A stretch of 64,000 nucleotides of DNA from Terriglobia bacterium (GTDB taxonomy: Bacteria > Acidobacteriota > Terriglobia > 20CM-2-55-15): the NCBI GenBank assembly GCA_965262425.1, contig OZ253536.1, forward strand, positions 4,944,412 through 5,008,411, in the 5' to 3' direction. The notes beneath the pieces are model-generated. The model searched no databases. It was not told the origin of the DNA and saw only the letters and a program-made list of their open reading frames with translations. Made by a program: the position numbers and the translations under genes. Each line of letters begins with the position of its first letter. The stretch's first letter is position 1. This document shows, piece after piece, positions 32,449 through 44,941 of this stretch.

Positions 32449-34095
32449 TCAGAACTTGATGTGTATGCCACCCTTAAACAGCCTGGGGTACTGGGCATGG
32501 ATAGTCCGGCGGGAACCGAAGGAGGGCTCAAACAGATTCCGGGCATCGACGACAGCCTGGAGTTTCCCCGGGAAGATTTTCCAGTTTGGCAGATCCTGCG
32601 CGATCGTGATGCTCAGGGTTGGATCGTTATATTCGACAAAGCGCTGGTAGGGGTCGATCGCGGCTAGTGAAAAGCCGGAATTCCAGCGGTAGACCGCCGT
32701 CACTGCGGTTTGAGTCAGGTCTATGTCGGTTGTGACCCGGGCGGTGACCACGTGGAAGTTCCGGCGTTCAGCCTCGCGGCGCAGTTCAGCGGGAGAAATT
32801 ACGTTCGGGTCGAAGCCAATCGCGCTGGCATAGGTATAGCCCACGCCTGCTTCGAACCCTCTGAACGACCGGTCCGCGTGCACTCGCACTCCGGTAGTCG
32901 TCGCTCCCTTTCCGTCGAAAATCATGATCGCCCGACGACCGTTATCGGCATTCACGAGAAACGCCTGAGTCCCCAGTTCGTCCCGGAATGCCGCGGCCGA
33001 AACCAGGAGAAATTCGGACAAAACGTGGGTAGCACCTATTTCGGTGTGTGAATAACGCTCCAACTCGGGAGGGATGTAGACAGTCCGATCGAAATATTCC
33101 CGCCCCCGAATGGGATCGTCCGTGTCCGCCGGCGCCCGGCGCGAATAGGATACCTTGAGCGTTGTCCTGGCCTCAGGTACCCATGCGGCGCCAAACTCCG
33201 GCCTCAGGTAATTGTGGCTGGTAATACCGTCGGCTCGACCGATGTCCGCCCCATACGAGAACACGAGGTGATCGGACCACTGCAACTGCTCGCCGTACTG
33301 CACCTTGATCTCACGAGATTCCGAACCGTTCGCACCCGCGTTATAAGAAGCTCCCTGGCGCATCTTGACGGCCAGCGACGATTTGTGGTGGGCGCCGGGT
33401 GAAAACTGATACGTGGCTCCAAACCCTCGTGGCTGTCCCGCCGATTCGGTGTACTGGCCCGAAAACGTGACCTGGGACCCGACGGCGAGGGGGAGGCTGA
33501 AGGCGAATTGGGAACCAACGGAATCGGTGGGTCCGTCCGGAGTATCGATCGACCTGGAGTAGAGTTGGAGATAGCCGGACGTTTCAGAAGCCACCAGAGT
33601 CGTCGTCACATCGACTTCGTCCGTGTCATCCTCGACCATGCGGAGAATCGGGCGAGTGGATGCAGCGCTCCGCAACACCCATTTCATTTCTTCCAGGCTG
33701 CCGCGGCGAACACCTCGACGAATGATTTCCATCGCGGTCTGCAGGCTGATCGTCAGGACCGCATTGGTGCCCTCGGTGAGATTTATACCGGCTGCCACGG
33801 CAGGGAGAAAGCGAGGCTTGGTGACCTTGAGGGAATAGTTGCCGGCAAGCAGGTTGGGGATCGAGAAAACCCCGGACCGATCACTGAAAACCAGTCGCTC
33901 TCGGAAAAGCGCATCGTTATCCTGGACCGCGATCAGGGCACCGATCAGGGGCGCACCCGTGCTGTCCTGAACTCGACCACGAACGCTCGCCAGCCCATCC
34001 GACGCGGTCGCAGTACCCAGAGAAAGCATGCCACAAACACAGAACGACGCAAGTGTCCGCAGTGCCCGTGAAACGGATGGTACGGCTAAGCGCAT
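32449..34095 (-). CDS. outer-membrane beta-barrel protein with carboxypeptidase-regulatory-like domain
   Basis: It has a signal peptide, a CarbopepD_reg-like segment (GRVQDSTGAPLIGALIAV) and a C-terminal ...GGIHIKF (terminal Phe). Confidence 0.7.
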   Translation of the reverse strand: MRLAVPSVSRALRTLASFCVCGMLSLGTATASDGLASVRGRVQDSTGAPLIGALIAVQDNDALFRERLVFSDRSGVFSIPNLLAGNYSLKVTKPRFLPAVAAGINLTEGTNAVLTISLQTAMEIIRRGVRRGSLEEMKWVLRSAASTRPILRMVEDDTDEVDVTTTLVASETSGYLQLYSRSIDTPDGPTDSVGSQFAFSLPLAVGSQVTFSGQYTESAGQPRGFGATYQFSPGAHHKSSLAVKMRQGASYNAGANGSESREIKVQYGEQLQWSDHLVFSYGADIGRADGITSHNYLRPEFGAAWVPEARTTLKVSYSRRAPADTDDPIRGREYFDRTVYIPPELERYSHTEIGATHVLSEFLLVSAAAFRDELGTQAFLVNADNGRRAIMIFDGKGATTTGVRVHADRSFRGFEAGVGYTYASAIGFDPNVISPAELRREAERRNFHVVTARVTTDIDLTQTAVTAVYRWNSGFSLAAIDPYQRFVEYNDPTLSITIAQDLPNWKIFPGKLQAVVDARNLFEPSFGSRRTIHAQYPRLFKGGIHIKF

Positions 34096-34104
34096 AGAAC
34101 GTCT

Positions 34105-35721
34105 CTACCGACGACTACCGTCGGTGGCGTCCGCGGACTCCTGAACGACGAACTTGCTGGTCTGGGTAATGATCTCTCCCGACAGGTTGTCGGTGATTCG
34201 CACCCGGATCGAATACTCGCCCGGCTCGAAGTCGGCCAGAGCGAGACTTTTCTTGATCGTCATCTGTTGAGCGGCGCCCGAAAGCTCGTCGGTGCTTTCT
34301 ACGAGTTTCCGAACTTCCTGGCCGTCTCGTGTGATCAAGGTTTCAACTGTTGCGGACGGCTTCAAAAGGTTTTCGTCAATCTGCAGATTGTAGATCTGGA
34401 TCCAGTAGTTCAGATCGCGGTCCTGCCTGAAGTTCTGCTTGACGCTGGGCCTCACCTTCGAACTTCCCAACACGAACGCCCCGGATCCAACCTGCCTCGG
34501 AGGCAGAGGCTCGATGAGGTCGGCCAGGATCAGGGAGCTGGCAGCCAACTGCTCCTCCGGAAAACGGGGAACCGCCAGCCGCTGATTGATAGTACCCACA
34601 TTGTCGCTGTGAAGGTCTTTCAATACGAGATCGATCTTGTACAGACCGGGACGCAACGGGATGATTTTCTGCCACACCGAATACCTGGTCAGAAACTCGG
34701 CAAACAGTGCGTCGGGAATATCCAACCGGATCGTGTCTTCAAACGTGGTTGCAACGCGGCCGTTAATTCCGGTCACACGACCGAACACATTGATCAGAGA
34801 TCGATGAATGCCCTGTTCCTGCTGGAAAGCGATGTCTTCATTCTGGATCTGCAATGTCACCGGAGCCAACACACTTTCCTCGGTTACCCGAACGAAATCG
34901 GTACGGACTTCAAACGGCAGCAGATTGTATGAAATGTTGGTCGTGACGATCGTTTCAAGATCCTTGAACTTGATCTCCGGCGGCTTGAAGGCCTTCGCAT
35001 AAAGGTCGAGTCGCTCAAACTGGCTGAATCTTTGCAACCCCCCGGACATCTGATTGAGGCCGCGATTCGCCTTGGCCTCGGCCGGGTCGTCCGACATTTC
35101 TTCTTCCAGCGTCAGACCGCCGGTGGGTGTGTTGGCCAGGGCGTCCTTTTCGAAGGGATTCAGCGACAATCGGTACTCACCGGTCATCGTGGGGTCGACG
35201 AACTCGAAATTGACGTCGTTTCCGATCCCATCTATGTAGCGATAAGTCCAGATCTCGAAAGGGTAGGTCGTCGTCGTGCCTCCACCCTCATAGAACGGCC
35301 GGTCGTAGGTGCCGCCTGACGGGTGGGATTCTTTGCCGTCGGGCTTTCCATGGATGATATAGATCCTCCCACGGTCTGTCTTCCAGCCTGGCTTACCCGA
35401 GGCGAAACGCTCGTTCGCATACGCGATTCTCACGTAGTGGTCTTCGCGGTATTCGTTCCCTATCGTATCGGGCGTCGGGTCGCGGCGAAGCCAGAACTGC
35501 TCGATGAACTGCTCCCGTTCTTCGTCGGTTTGCAACGCCTTGAACGCGGCTTTTTCTTCATCCGTTATGATGAAGGCAACGTCCTGGTCCAGCCACCGGG
35601 CCAACGCCCGATTCGCACGCTCGGCGCGTGCGCTGGCGCTCATGCGGCGCTGGGCTTCACCCGGAAGAGATAGGGCCAGAAATGCGAGCACAACAGCCCC
35701 TACGACGACTTTGCGATTCAT
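34105..35721 (-). CDS. GWxTD domain-containing protein
   Basis: It has a signal peptide and the motif GKPGWKTDRGRIYIIHGKPD. Confidence 0.85.
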   Translation of the reverse strand: MNRKVVVGAVVLAFLALSLPGEAQRRMSASARAERANRALARWLDQDVAFIITDEEKAAFKALQTDEEREQFIEQFWLRRDPTPDTIGNEYREDHYVRIAYANERFASGKPGWKTDRGRIYIIHGKPDGKESHPSGGTYDRPFYEGGGTTTTYPFEIWTYRYIDGIGNDVNFEFVDPTMTGEYRLSLNPFEKDALANTPTGGLTLEEEMSDDPAEAKANRGLNQMSGGLQRFSQFERLDLYAKAFKPPEIKFKDLETIVTTNISYNLLPFEVRTDFVRVTEESVLAPVTLQIQNEDIAFQQEQGIHRSLINVFGRVTGINGRVATTFEDTIRLDIPDALFAEFLTRYSVWQKIIPLRPGLYKIDLVLKDLHSDNVGTINQRLAVPRFPEEQLAASSLILADLIEPLPPRQVGSGAFVLGSSKVRPSVKQNFRQDRDLNYWIQIYNLQIDENLLKPSATVETLITRDGQEVRKLVESTDELSGAAQQMTIKKSLALADFEPGEYSIRVRITDNLSGEIITQTSKFVVQESADATDGSRR

Positions 35722-35935
35722 AACTCACCTCAGATACGCGGATAGAAACCTGTCACTATTAGTAATCAGTTTATGATAGCACTAGCAAGCTAACAGTCAA
35801 GGTATTCAATAGTTTTCGGATCGCCACCGGCTGCTAAAATACCTCCGGGCCGCGTCGTCCGATAATAGCGAATCTCCGGACCGCGGTCCGTGAGCCAGAC
35901 TACGGAATATAGACGGGCGGACCAAGCAAACGATT

Positions 35936-36403
35936 ATGGAAAAACGAAGCAATCCAGTGTTGCTGGGCGGAGACACGATTTCCGACAGGGTTCTGCTTTC
36001 AGCGGTGGCCGCCTGGTGCGGGGCGATCATCGCCGCTCCGTTATTTGATTCAGGGTTGCTTTACGGTCTCTTCTCTTCCATCTGTCACCAATACCCGGAA
36101 CGCAGCTGGTTCTTGTCTGGACAGCCCCTTGCCGTGTGTATCCGGTGTACTTCCATCTATGTTGGCTTTCTGGTTGCGCTCGCTCTTCGGTTACCACCGC
36201 GCACCGGATTTCTACGATTCGCGGTTGTTCTGACGGGGGTCGAGGTCGTGGTTGCGCACATGGTCATCGACATGGAGGTCGTACGCTCGCTCTCGGGCCT
36301 GTTGCTGGGGCTGTCGGCGGGGGGATTCGTCGCCCAGGGTGTTCGCGAACTGGTCGGTCTGCTGGGCCGGATTTCCCGGAGGGATTCGTTTGAAAACGTG
36401 TAA
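35936..36403 (+). CDS. DUF2085 membrane protein
   Basis: It has the motif ICHQYPERSWFLSGQPLAVCIRCTSIY. Confidence 0.75.
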   Translation: MEKRSNPVLLGGDTISDRVLLSAVAAWCGAIIAAPLFDSGLLYGLFSSICHQYPERSWFLSGQPLAVCIRCTSIYVGFLVALALRLPPRTGFLRFAVVLTGVEVVVAHMVIDMEVVRSLSGLLLGLSAGGFVAQGVRELVGLLGRISRRDSFENV

Positions 36404-37019
36404 GCAATGCAGCGTCACGCTCGCCGACCAGGCCCAGTACTGCATGCAGTGCGGCACGCCGGTCGAACCGGAAGTTCCAGTACAGGTTGGAGAAACGGCG
36501 ACGGATTTCATCCAACCGGCTTTGGTCGGCGGGGCTGCTCTGGGCATCCTTTCCTCCCTTCCGATGGTGAACATCGGTAACTGTATTTGTTGCATGTGGG
36601 TTGTAGGAGGCGGGGCGCTCGCCGCGTGGATGCTGACCAAGCAGCGTCCCGAAGGCACAACGGTAGTGAGTTACGGGGACGGCGCCTTTGTAGGAGTGCT
36701 CAGCGGGTTGTTCGGCGCGATCATCGCAACCATCGTCTCGCTACCCCTTCGACTGATCGCTCGAGAGGCACTGGGTTCCCAGCGGGCGGAGTTTGAAGAA
36801 CTGCTGAACGAATTCCCGGAATTGACAGGCTTTATGCGGGACTTGCTGCTTCGCCTCGTCTCGCCTGAGATCTCCTTCGTCACCGTTCTGGCGACGTTCT
36901 TCGTGAACCTGATCACGTTCTCGCTGTTCGCGATGATTGGCGGGATCCTTTTCGTTGCGATTACCGGTCGAAAAGGGCAAGCCCCGGCGGGAGCCACATC
37001 TCAGGGTCCGCAGGGTTGA
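36390..37019 (+). CDS. zinc-ribbon domain membrane protein
   Basis: The N-terminus has CKQC...CMQCG followed by 4 TM helices. The TTG start is chosen at 36390, since the first ATG lies after the first CxxC. Confidence 0.5.
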   Translation: MKTCKQCSVTLADQAQYCMQCGTPVEPEVPVQVGETATDFIQPALVGGAALGILSSLPMVNIGNCICCMWVVGGGALAAWMLTKQRPEGTTVVSYGDGAFVGVLSGLFGAIIATIVSLPLRLIAREALGSQRAEFEELLNEFPELTGFMRDLLLRLVSPEISFVTVLATFFVNLITFSLFAMIGGILFVAITGRKGQAPAGATSQGPQG

Positions 37020-37088
37020 GCCAGCAGCTTGGAGCCTGCGCGGCAAGGGCCCGGGTTGCCTCACGCTGATCGCTCAACCCCGGTCGGG

Positions 37089-38782
<1,694 letters not shown>

Positions 38783-38848
38783 TCTTACCGGAACGTTGAG
38801 GAAGTGGCCAGTGGTCAGTTTGGGGGCAACCCAACGCAACGTCTTGCC

Positions 38849-41416
38849 CTATGGAACGACCGGCAGGTTGCTGAAAACCAGTTCGTGCGAGGGGCCGGCG
38901 TCGGCGACAACATGAGCTCCTGCCACAATTTCGGACCGCAGTAGTTTCAGGGCGAGGGGGTCGGACACCAGGCGCTGGATGGCTCTCTTCAGCGGCCGGG
39001 CGCCGAAAGCGGGGTCATAGCCCTCGCGGAAGAGAAGTTCCCGCGCTTCGGGCGTGAGTTCGAGCGTGACTTTTCGCCCTTCCAGATGCGCCCGCAACAC
39101 GGCCAGTTGAATGTCGATGATCTGAACGATCTCGTCGCTGCCCAGGCTGTGAAAACGGATAATGTCGTCGATCCTGTTCAGGAATTCCGGCTTGAACTGG
39201 GCCTGGAGAGCCTGTCTGACTTCAGAATCGTCGCCGGCGGTAGCGAGGTTGGAGGTCATGATCAGGACCGTGTTCTTGAAATCCACCGTGCGGCCTTTGC
39301 CGTCGGTCAGACGTCCGTCATCGAATATCTGCAACAGGATGTTCCAGACCTCGGAATGCGCTTTTTCGATCTCGTCGAAAAGGACGACCGAATATGGCCG
39401 GCGCCGCACGTTCTCTGTCAGGTAGCCACCTTCCTCGTATCCAACATAGCCCGGAGGGGCGCCAATCAACCGCGACACTGAATGCTTTTCCATGTATTCA
39501 GACATGTCGACGCGGACGATGTTGCGCTCGTCGTCAAAAAGAAATTCAGCCAACGCCCGCGCGGTCTCGGTCTTTCCGACTCCGGTCGGTCCGAGAAACA
39601 GAAACACGCCGATCGGTCGATCCGAATCCTGTAAGCCGGCTCGAGACCGGCGAATCGCGTTCGAGACGGCAGCCAGACCCTCTCGTTGCCCCACAACGCG
39701 CCGGGCGAGCAGATCTTCCATATGGATCAATTTTTCGATGTCGCTTTCCAGCATCTTGCTGACCGGGATACCCGTCCACTTTGCAACGATGCGGGCGACG
39801 TCTTCCTCGTCCACCTCTTCTTTGAGCATCCGATGGGCCTGCTCGTGACGCTCGAGATGGAGGTTCGCATCCTCAAGCTGCTGCTCGAGTTCACGCAACC
39901 GTCCGTATCGAATCTCGGCCACCTTCGTCAAATCCCCATCCCGCTCGGCATGGTGTTCCTCGATGCGGGCTCGTTCCATCTGCTCTTTGAGGGATCGGAT
40001 GGCCTGGATGCCCTCCTTCTCCGACTGCCAGCCTATCTTCATCCGGCCGGATTGCTCGCGGAGGTCGCCGAGTTCTCGTTCGAGCTCGGTCAGACGATCC
40101 AGGGAGGCGGTGTCATCTTCCTTTGCGAGGGCCTGTCGCTCAATTTCGAGCTGAACGATCGACCGCTCGACCTGGTCGATTTCAACGGGCATCGAGTCGA
40201 TCTGCATTCGGAGGCTCGCCGCGGCTTCGTCGATCAGGTCGATCGCTTTGTCGGGCAGGAACCGATCGCTGATGTACCTGTGGGATAGCAGGGCCGCCGC
40301 CAGGATGGCGGAGTCCTTGATCCGGACGCCGTGGTGGACTTCATAACGTTCCTTGAGGCCACGGAGAATGGAGATGGCGTCTTCCGGGTTGGGCTCCACT
40401 ACAAGAACCTTCTGGAAACGGCGCTCCAAGGCCTTGTCCTTCTCGATGTACTTCTGAAATTCGTTCAGCGTCGTGGCGCCAATGCAACGCAGGTCTCCAC
40501 GTGCAAGGGCGGGTTTCAGCATGTTCGACGCATCCATCGACCCTTCGCCCCCGCCGGCGCCGACCAGTGTGTGGAGTTCGTCAATGAAAAGGACAATCTC
40601 TCCGTTCGATTCTTCGATTTCTTTCAGAAATGCTTTCAGCCGGTCTTCAAACTCCCCGCGATACTTCGCCCCGGCGATCATCGTTCCCAGGTCGAGCGAA
40701 ACGATGCGCTTGTTCCGAAGCGATTCAGGGACGTCTCCGGCAACCACCCGCTGGGCCAGGCCTTCGACGATAGCCGTCTTGCCCACGCCGGGCTCGCCAA
40801 TCAAAACCGGGTTGTTTTTTGTTCGGCGGGACAGGACCTGAATGACGCGGCGGACCTCTTCATCGCGGCCGATCACCGGATCGAGCTTACTCATGCGAGC
40901 AAGCTCGGTCAGGTCCTGGGAGTATCGCTCCAGCGCCTGGTACTTCTCTTCGGGACTTTGATCCGTGACTTTCTGGGTGCCCCGGATGGACACGAGCACC
41001 GTGAGGACGGCGTCCTTGTTCACGCCGTGTGCGGATAACAATCGGGCAACTTCTTCGCCCTTGGCGACACTCATCGCGATCAGGATGTGCTCGGTGCTGA
41101 CGTATTGATCCTTGAACTGGGCCGCTTCGGTCAGGGAAGCGTCGAGGATGCGGACCAGCGGATCGGAAAGCTGGGCTTCGGCCCGAGATTCGAGTTTGGG
41201 TAAATTTCCGATCAAAGTCGCCAGGCTTTCGGCAAGGGTTGGAATGTCCGCGCCAAGCTTCTGCAGAATGGGCAACACGACCCCGTCCTTCTGTTTGACC
41301 AGGGCCCACAGCAGGTGTTCGGGCTGCACCTGGGAGTTCTGACGTTCCTCCGCATGCGTCCGGGCGGCCTGGAGGGCCTCCTGGGCTTTCAAAGTGAATT
41401 TGTCAAAACGAATCAT
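38849..41416 (-). CDS. clpB: ATP-dependent chaperone ClpB
   Basis: The 855-aa protein has two AAA+ modules ([16 protein letters not shown]) and a coiled-coil M-domain. Confidence 0.95.
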   Translation of the reverse strand: MIRFDKFTLKAQEALQAARTHAEERQNSQVQPEHLLWALVKQKDGVVLPILQKLGADIPTLAESLATLIGNLPKLESRAEAQLSDPLVRILDASLTEAAQFKDQYVSTEHILIAMSVAKGEEVARLLSAHGVNKDAVLTVLVSIRGTQKVTDQSPEEKYQALERYSQDLTELARMSKLDPVIGRDEEVRRVIQVLSRRTKNNPVLIGEPGVGKTAIVEGLAQRVVAGDVPESLRNKRIVSLDLGTMIAGAKYRGEFEDRLKAFLKEIEESNGEIVLFIDELHTLVGAGGGEGSMDASNMLKPALARGDLRCIGATTLNEFQKYIEKDKALERRFQKVLVVEPNPEDAISILRGLKERYEVHHGVRIKDSAILAAALLSHRYISDRFLPDKAIDLIDEAAASLRMQIDSMPVEIDQVERSIVQLEIERQALAKEDDTASLDRLTELERELGDLREQSGRMKIGWQSEKEGIQAIRSLKEQMERARIEEHHAERDGDLTKVAEIRYGRLRELEQQLEDANLHLERHEQAHRMLKEEVDEEDVARIVAKWTGIPVSKMLESDIEKLIHMEDLLARRVVGQREGLAAVSNAIRRSRAGLQDSDRPIGVFLFLGPTGVGKTETARALAEFLFDDERNIVRVDMSEYMEKHSVSRLIGAPPGYVGYEEGGYLTENVRRRPYSVVLFDEIEKAHSEVWNILLQIFDDGRLTDGKGRTVDFKNTVLIMTSNLATAGDDSEVRQALQAQFKPEFLNRIDDIIRFHSLGSDEIVQIIDIQLAVLRAHLEGRKVTLELTPEARELLFREGYDPAFGARPLKRAIQRLVSDPLALKLLRSEIVAGAHVVADAGPSHELVFSNLPVVP

Positions 41417-41427
41417 CTGTTCGCTGG

Positions 41428-41874
41428 TTACTCACTCGTGATGTTGATCTGCTTGGCGCGGGCCTTTTCCTTTTTCGGCAGGATGATGGCCAGAACGCCT
41501 TCCTTGTAGTCGGCCTGGATCTTCTTCTCGTCGACCATTGCCGGTATGGAAAACGCCCTGCTGAAACTTCCGTAGGACCGCTCGATGCGATGGTAGTTTT
41601 CGTCCTTTCCTTCCTTTTCGAAACGGCGCTCTCCCTTTAGAGTCAGCACGTTGTTCTCCAGGGTCAACTCGATATCCTTCCGCTCCATGCCCGGCACTTC
41701 CGCCTGCACGATGATCTCACTCTCGGTTTCGTATATGTCGACAGCCGGGCTCCAGGAAGTCGTGGCGGAAGGCTCGTCGGCTCGCCAACCCCGATTCGCG
41801 TCCTCGAACAGCCGATTCATGCGCTCCTGGAGCGAGTTCAGGTCTCGGAAGGGATCCCATCGATTGACAGCCAT
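41428..41874 (-). CDS. Hsp20/alpha-crystallin small heat-shock protein
   Basis: It has an alpha-crystallin domain ([18 protein letters not shown]...GVLAIILPK). Confidence 0.9.
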   Translation of the reverse strand: MAVNRWDPFRDLNSLQERMNRLFEDANRGWRADEPSATTSWSPAVDIYETESEIIVQAEVPGMERKDIELTLENNVLTLKGERRFEKEGKDENYHRIERSYGSFSRAFSIPAMVDEKKIQADYKEGVLAIILPKKEKARAKQINITSE

Positions 41875-42135
41875 CGCTAACCTCCATAACTTAGTCAGTA
41901 TTCATAATAAAACGTTGTCAATATTGCGCGTCGCCTTATCGATCATCGGCAATGGTTCCCGCTTTCATTGGGTCGTGTAATAACTAACGGATGCTTGCAA
42001 TCCGTTTCCGTTCCCCACGCGAGCCCGTCCTGACGCCTGGCGATCCCGGGGCCGACGTGAGGGTCCTCTCAACCTGCTATCATTCCCCGCGTGGGCGAGA
42101 CGTCTGACGAACAGGTTGTGGAGAGGCCGAAACCG

Positions 42136-43182
42136 GTGAGTTTTGCACTTTCCGACTTCGATTATGACCTGCCGCCCGATCGCATCGCCACCGAACCGGT
42201 CCGTCCGCGGGACAGGTCCCGCCTCCTGCTTGTCGATCGGCGAGACGGACGATTGACGGATTCGACCTTCCGGCATCTTCCGAGTCACCTTTCCGAATCC
42301 GATCTTCTCGTCGTCAACAACACACGCGTCATGAAGGCCAGGGTTTACGGGACTCTTGAGAGATCCGGCCGGAACGTCGAGGTCCTGTTTTCGAACCCGA
42401 AGTCGGACACGGCCTGGGAAGCGATGCTGCGCCCGGGCAAACGGGTTCGAGACGGCGATCGCATTCTTGTCGGCGAAGGTACCCGGTTGTCGGTCGGCGA
42501 ACGGCGTGACCACGGCCTTCGATTGATTGAGATAGAACAATCGCCATCTTGTAATACGACCGTGCCCGAGTTGCTCGCCTGCCACGGTCATATACCACTG
42601 CCGCCATACATCGATCGGAAGGACCAGGAGTCCGACGAGACGGACTACCAGACGGTCTACGGAACGCGCCCGGGAGCGATAGCCGCCCCAACCGCCGGCC
42701 TTCATTTCACTCCCGAAGTGCTGGCATCACTTGAGGAACGTGGTATTGAGCTTTGCGAACTGACGCTTCACGTGGGGATCGGGACGTTTCTTCCGGTCCG
42801 AACTTCGGATCCAACACAGCATCATTTGAAACCAGAACAGTACGTTATCACTCCTGAAACGGCCGACGCTCTGAATCGAGCTCAGGGGGCCCGACGCCGG
42901 ATCATCGCGGTGGGCACAACGACAACGCGCACGCTTGAATATGCTTTCGGTCGGCACGGAAAATTCGTCCCCGAAACCGGCGAAGCGGACCTCTACATCC
43001 TTCCTGGATTCCGGTTCGGGGTTGTCGATGGACTCCTGACGAACTTCCATTTGCCACGCTCGACCCTGCTGTTGCTTGTTTCCGCTTTTGCCTCGCGCCG
43101 AGTCGTTCTGGATGCCTACAACCACGCCCTCGATAACGACTATCGTTTCTACAGTTACGGCGACTGTACGCTCTTCATTTAG
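42136..43182 (+). CDS. queA: tRNA preQ1(34) S-adenosylmethionine ribosyltransferase-isomerase
   Basis: It runs from VSFALSDFDYDLPPDRIA to LVVNNTRV. The GTG start is at 42136, and the ORF extends to 42091. Confidence 0.9.
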   Translation: MSFALSDFDYDLPPDRIATEPVRPRDRSRLLLVDRRDGRLTDSTFRHLPSHLSESDLLVVNNTRVMKARVYGTLERSGRNVEVLFSNPKSDTAWEAMLRPGKRVRDGDRILVGEGTRLSVGERRDHGLRLIEIEQSPSCNTTVPELLACHGHIPLPPYIDRKDQESDETDYQTVYGTRPGAIAAPTAGLHFTPEVLASLEERGIELCELTLHVGIGTFLPVRTSDPTQHHLKPEQYVITPETADALNRAQGARRRIIAVGTTTTRTLEYAFGRHGKFVPETGEADLYILPGFRFGVVDGLLTNFHLPRSTLLLLVSAFASRRVVLDAYNHALDNDYRFYSYGDCTLFI

Positions 43183-43196
43183 GGCCTCGCAGAAAG

Positions 43197-43227
43197 TTGA
43201 CACGGTAGGGGTTTGCGACGATATAAT
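43197..43227 (+). promoter_or_regulatory. putative sigma70 promoter for cspA-like gene (TTGACA-N19-TATAAT) giving ~140-nt 5'UTR
   Basis: The sequence is ttgacacggtaggggtttgcgacgatataat. The long 5'UTR is typical of cold-shock mRNAs. Confidence 0.45.
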
Positions 43228-43369
43228 GCCGCCGTTCAAAACGTTTTCAGCATAAGCACTGGCAGTAGAAAAGAGCGACCCGATTGCAGGCCTGAATCCC
43301 GTCGACGGTCCCCTTTTCTTGCTGGAAAGCTGACGAACAGTTATTGAAGTAAAAGGAGTATGGAGAAAC

Positions 43370-43579
43370 ATGTCTAAAGAAACAGGCAAGGTAAAGTGGT
43401 TCAACAACAAAAAGGGTTTCGGTTTCATCGAGCGGGCCAGCGGTGGAGATGTGTTCGTCCACTACTCGGCTATTGAAACCGACGGCTACAGAACCTTGAA
43501 AGAGGGGGAAGACGTCGAGTTCACCATCACCGAAGGACCAAAAGGGTTTCAGGCTGAAAATGTCGCGCGAGTAGAATAG
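43370..43579 (+). CDS. cspA: cold-shock protein, CspA family
   Basis: The sequence [15 protein letters not shown]...VFVHYSAI carries RNP1 and RNP2 motifs. Confidence 0.9.
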   Translation: MSKETGKVKWFNNKKGFGFIERASGGDVFVHYSAIETDGYRTLKEGEDVEFTITEGPKGFQAENVARVE

Positions 43580-43600
43580 CGGGACGTTCAAGACATTCGA

Positions 43601-43636
43601 AAAGACCCTGCGGAGCGCTCCGCAGGGTCTTTTTCA
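43601..43636 (+). terminator. rho-independent terminator
   Basis: The hairpin GACCCTGCGGAGCGCTCCGCAGGGTC is followed by TTTTT. Confidence 0.8.
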
Positions 43637-43703
43637 TTTGTGGCCGATCACTTACTATGCCTGTTCATAGGCCGCGATCGACTGGCAATTGTTCAAATCC
43701 TAG

Positions 43704-44507
43704 TCAGCGTCCACCGGCGGCCCTACGCCCGATCGCAATCACTTCAGCGTCGCCGATGATAAGCCGGAAGCCCTGCTCCAGCTTCTGCTTCACATCGTCG
43801 ACGTTCGACAATGCGGAACAGGAGACTGAGTGACGCTCGCAACCCTCGACCACCGTCTGGATCGCAGCCCGGAGCGCTTGCGGATCTCCACCAAGGGACG
43901 ACGACAAGCTGCCGCGACCGACCGATGCAATACTGACTCCCGGGGTCCCGATGATTTCCGATGCCAGTTCAACAGCATCTTTGTCTTCGATCATCACGTA
44001 CAGCAGAAAGTTTCCGTTTGGATCCGCGGGCCACAATGAGGCGGATGTCTCGCCGATCCAGGCGACGACCTGGCGGACTTGTTCGGGGTTCAGGACGTGC
44101 GGGATGATCACACCGTCGGCTCCGGCTTCAACGATCTGTCGAATCCGCGTTCTGGCATCGTCCTCGCCGTCCCCTACCGGCGCGACGCGGACCAGCATCG
44201 TCGGCGGATCCGGGTGCTCCCGGAGCGCATCGATGAATCGACCCACGGCCACGGCATCGAACCGGCGCTGGGCGTCATGGAACACAAAGTCGAGTTGGTC
44301 ATTTCGGGCCATCCGAGCGGCCCCTTCGGCAGAACGGTCGCTGGCGAACGAACCAAAGGCGCTTTCTCCGCGCTCGAGCAGGCGGATGACCTTGTTCCCC
44401 GGGGTAACCTGACGGGTGAATGCCCTTGGCGCAAACAGCAGGGGCACGGCAATCAATGCGGCCATTGAGAGATTGTAATTTCGAGTGCGCATATGTCTTG
44501 ATCGCAA
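43704..44507 (-). CDS. HpcH/HpaI aldolase/citrate-lyase family protein
   Basis: It has a TIM-barrel aldolase signature (MIEDKDAVE...). The N-terminal hydrophobic stretch may be a signal peptide. Confidence 0.75.
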   Translation of the reverse strand: MRSRHMRTRNYNLSMAALIAVPLLFAPRAFTRQVTPGNKVIRLLERGESAFGSFASDRSAEGAARMARNDQLDFVFHDAQRRFDAVAVGRFIDALREHPDPPTMLVRVAPVGDGEDDARTRIRQIVEAGADGVIIPHVLNPEQVRQVVAWIGETSASLWPADPNGNFLLYVMIEDKDAVELASEIIGTPGVSIASVGRGSLSSSLGGDPQALRAAIQTVVEGCERHSVSCSALSNVDDVKQKLEQGFRLIIGDAEVIAIGRRAAGGR

Positions 44508-44941
44508 CGCTATCCTACCAACATTGTCTATACATCCTGAACTCGCGAATTGGGCTACCAGTTTAGCTCACGGGATCTCCCGCCAGATGATCTGAACCCG
44601 GAATCGTGCCGGTTAGATGGGAACGGTGGGCGGTTGGGATGGCGGACTGTCGGTTGTGCCCACCTGTTTGTCCTCGGACTCCGCGGCACCGATAATTCCA
44701 CGTAAGGGTCAGCTCAAGAATAACTTCACAGAATTGGCGCCCAGATTTGCGTCAGATTCGGCGATTGAGCAGAACCGGAGGAATAGCCCTGCTACTTCGA
44801 GGAATCTGCGATTGAGGAGCGGCCGAAGATGGCGCGAAGATGGCGCGAAGATGGAATGCCAAAACGTGAAGTTGTTCTTGAGCGGGCCCTAAGTCCTTGA
44901 ACAGAAAGAACGAGTCATGACAGTCGCGTTATAAAGGTGCG

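Noticed and set aside
36252-36389. 5' extension of ORF 36252..37019 into the DUF2085 gene
   Set aside because: It overlaps the upstream gene in another frame. The conserved zinc ribbon starts at the TTG at 36390.
42727-43428. 233-aa minus-strand ORF
   Set aside because: It is antisense to queA, which has strong homology, and it overlaps the csp promoter region. It has no motifs.
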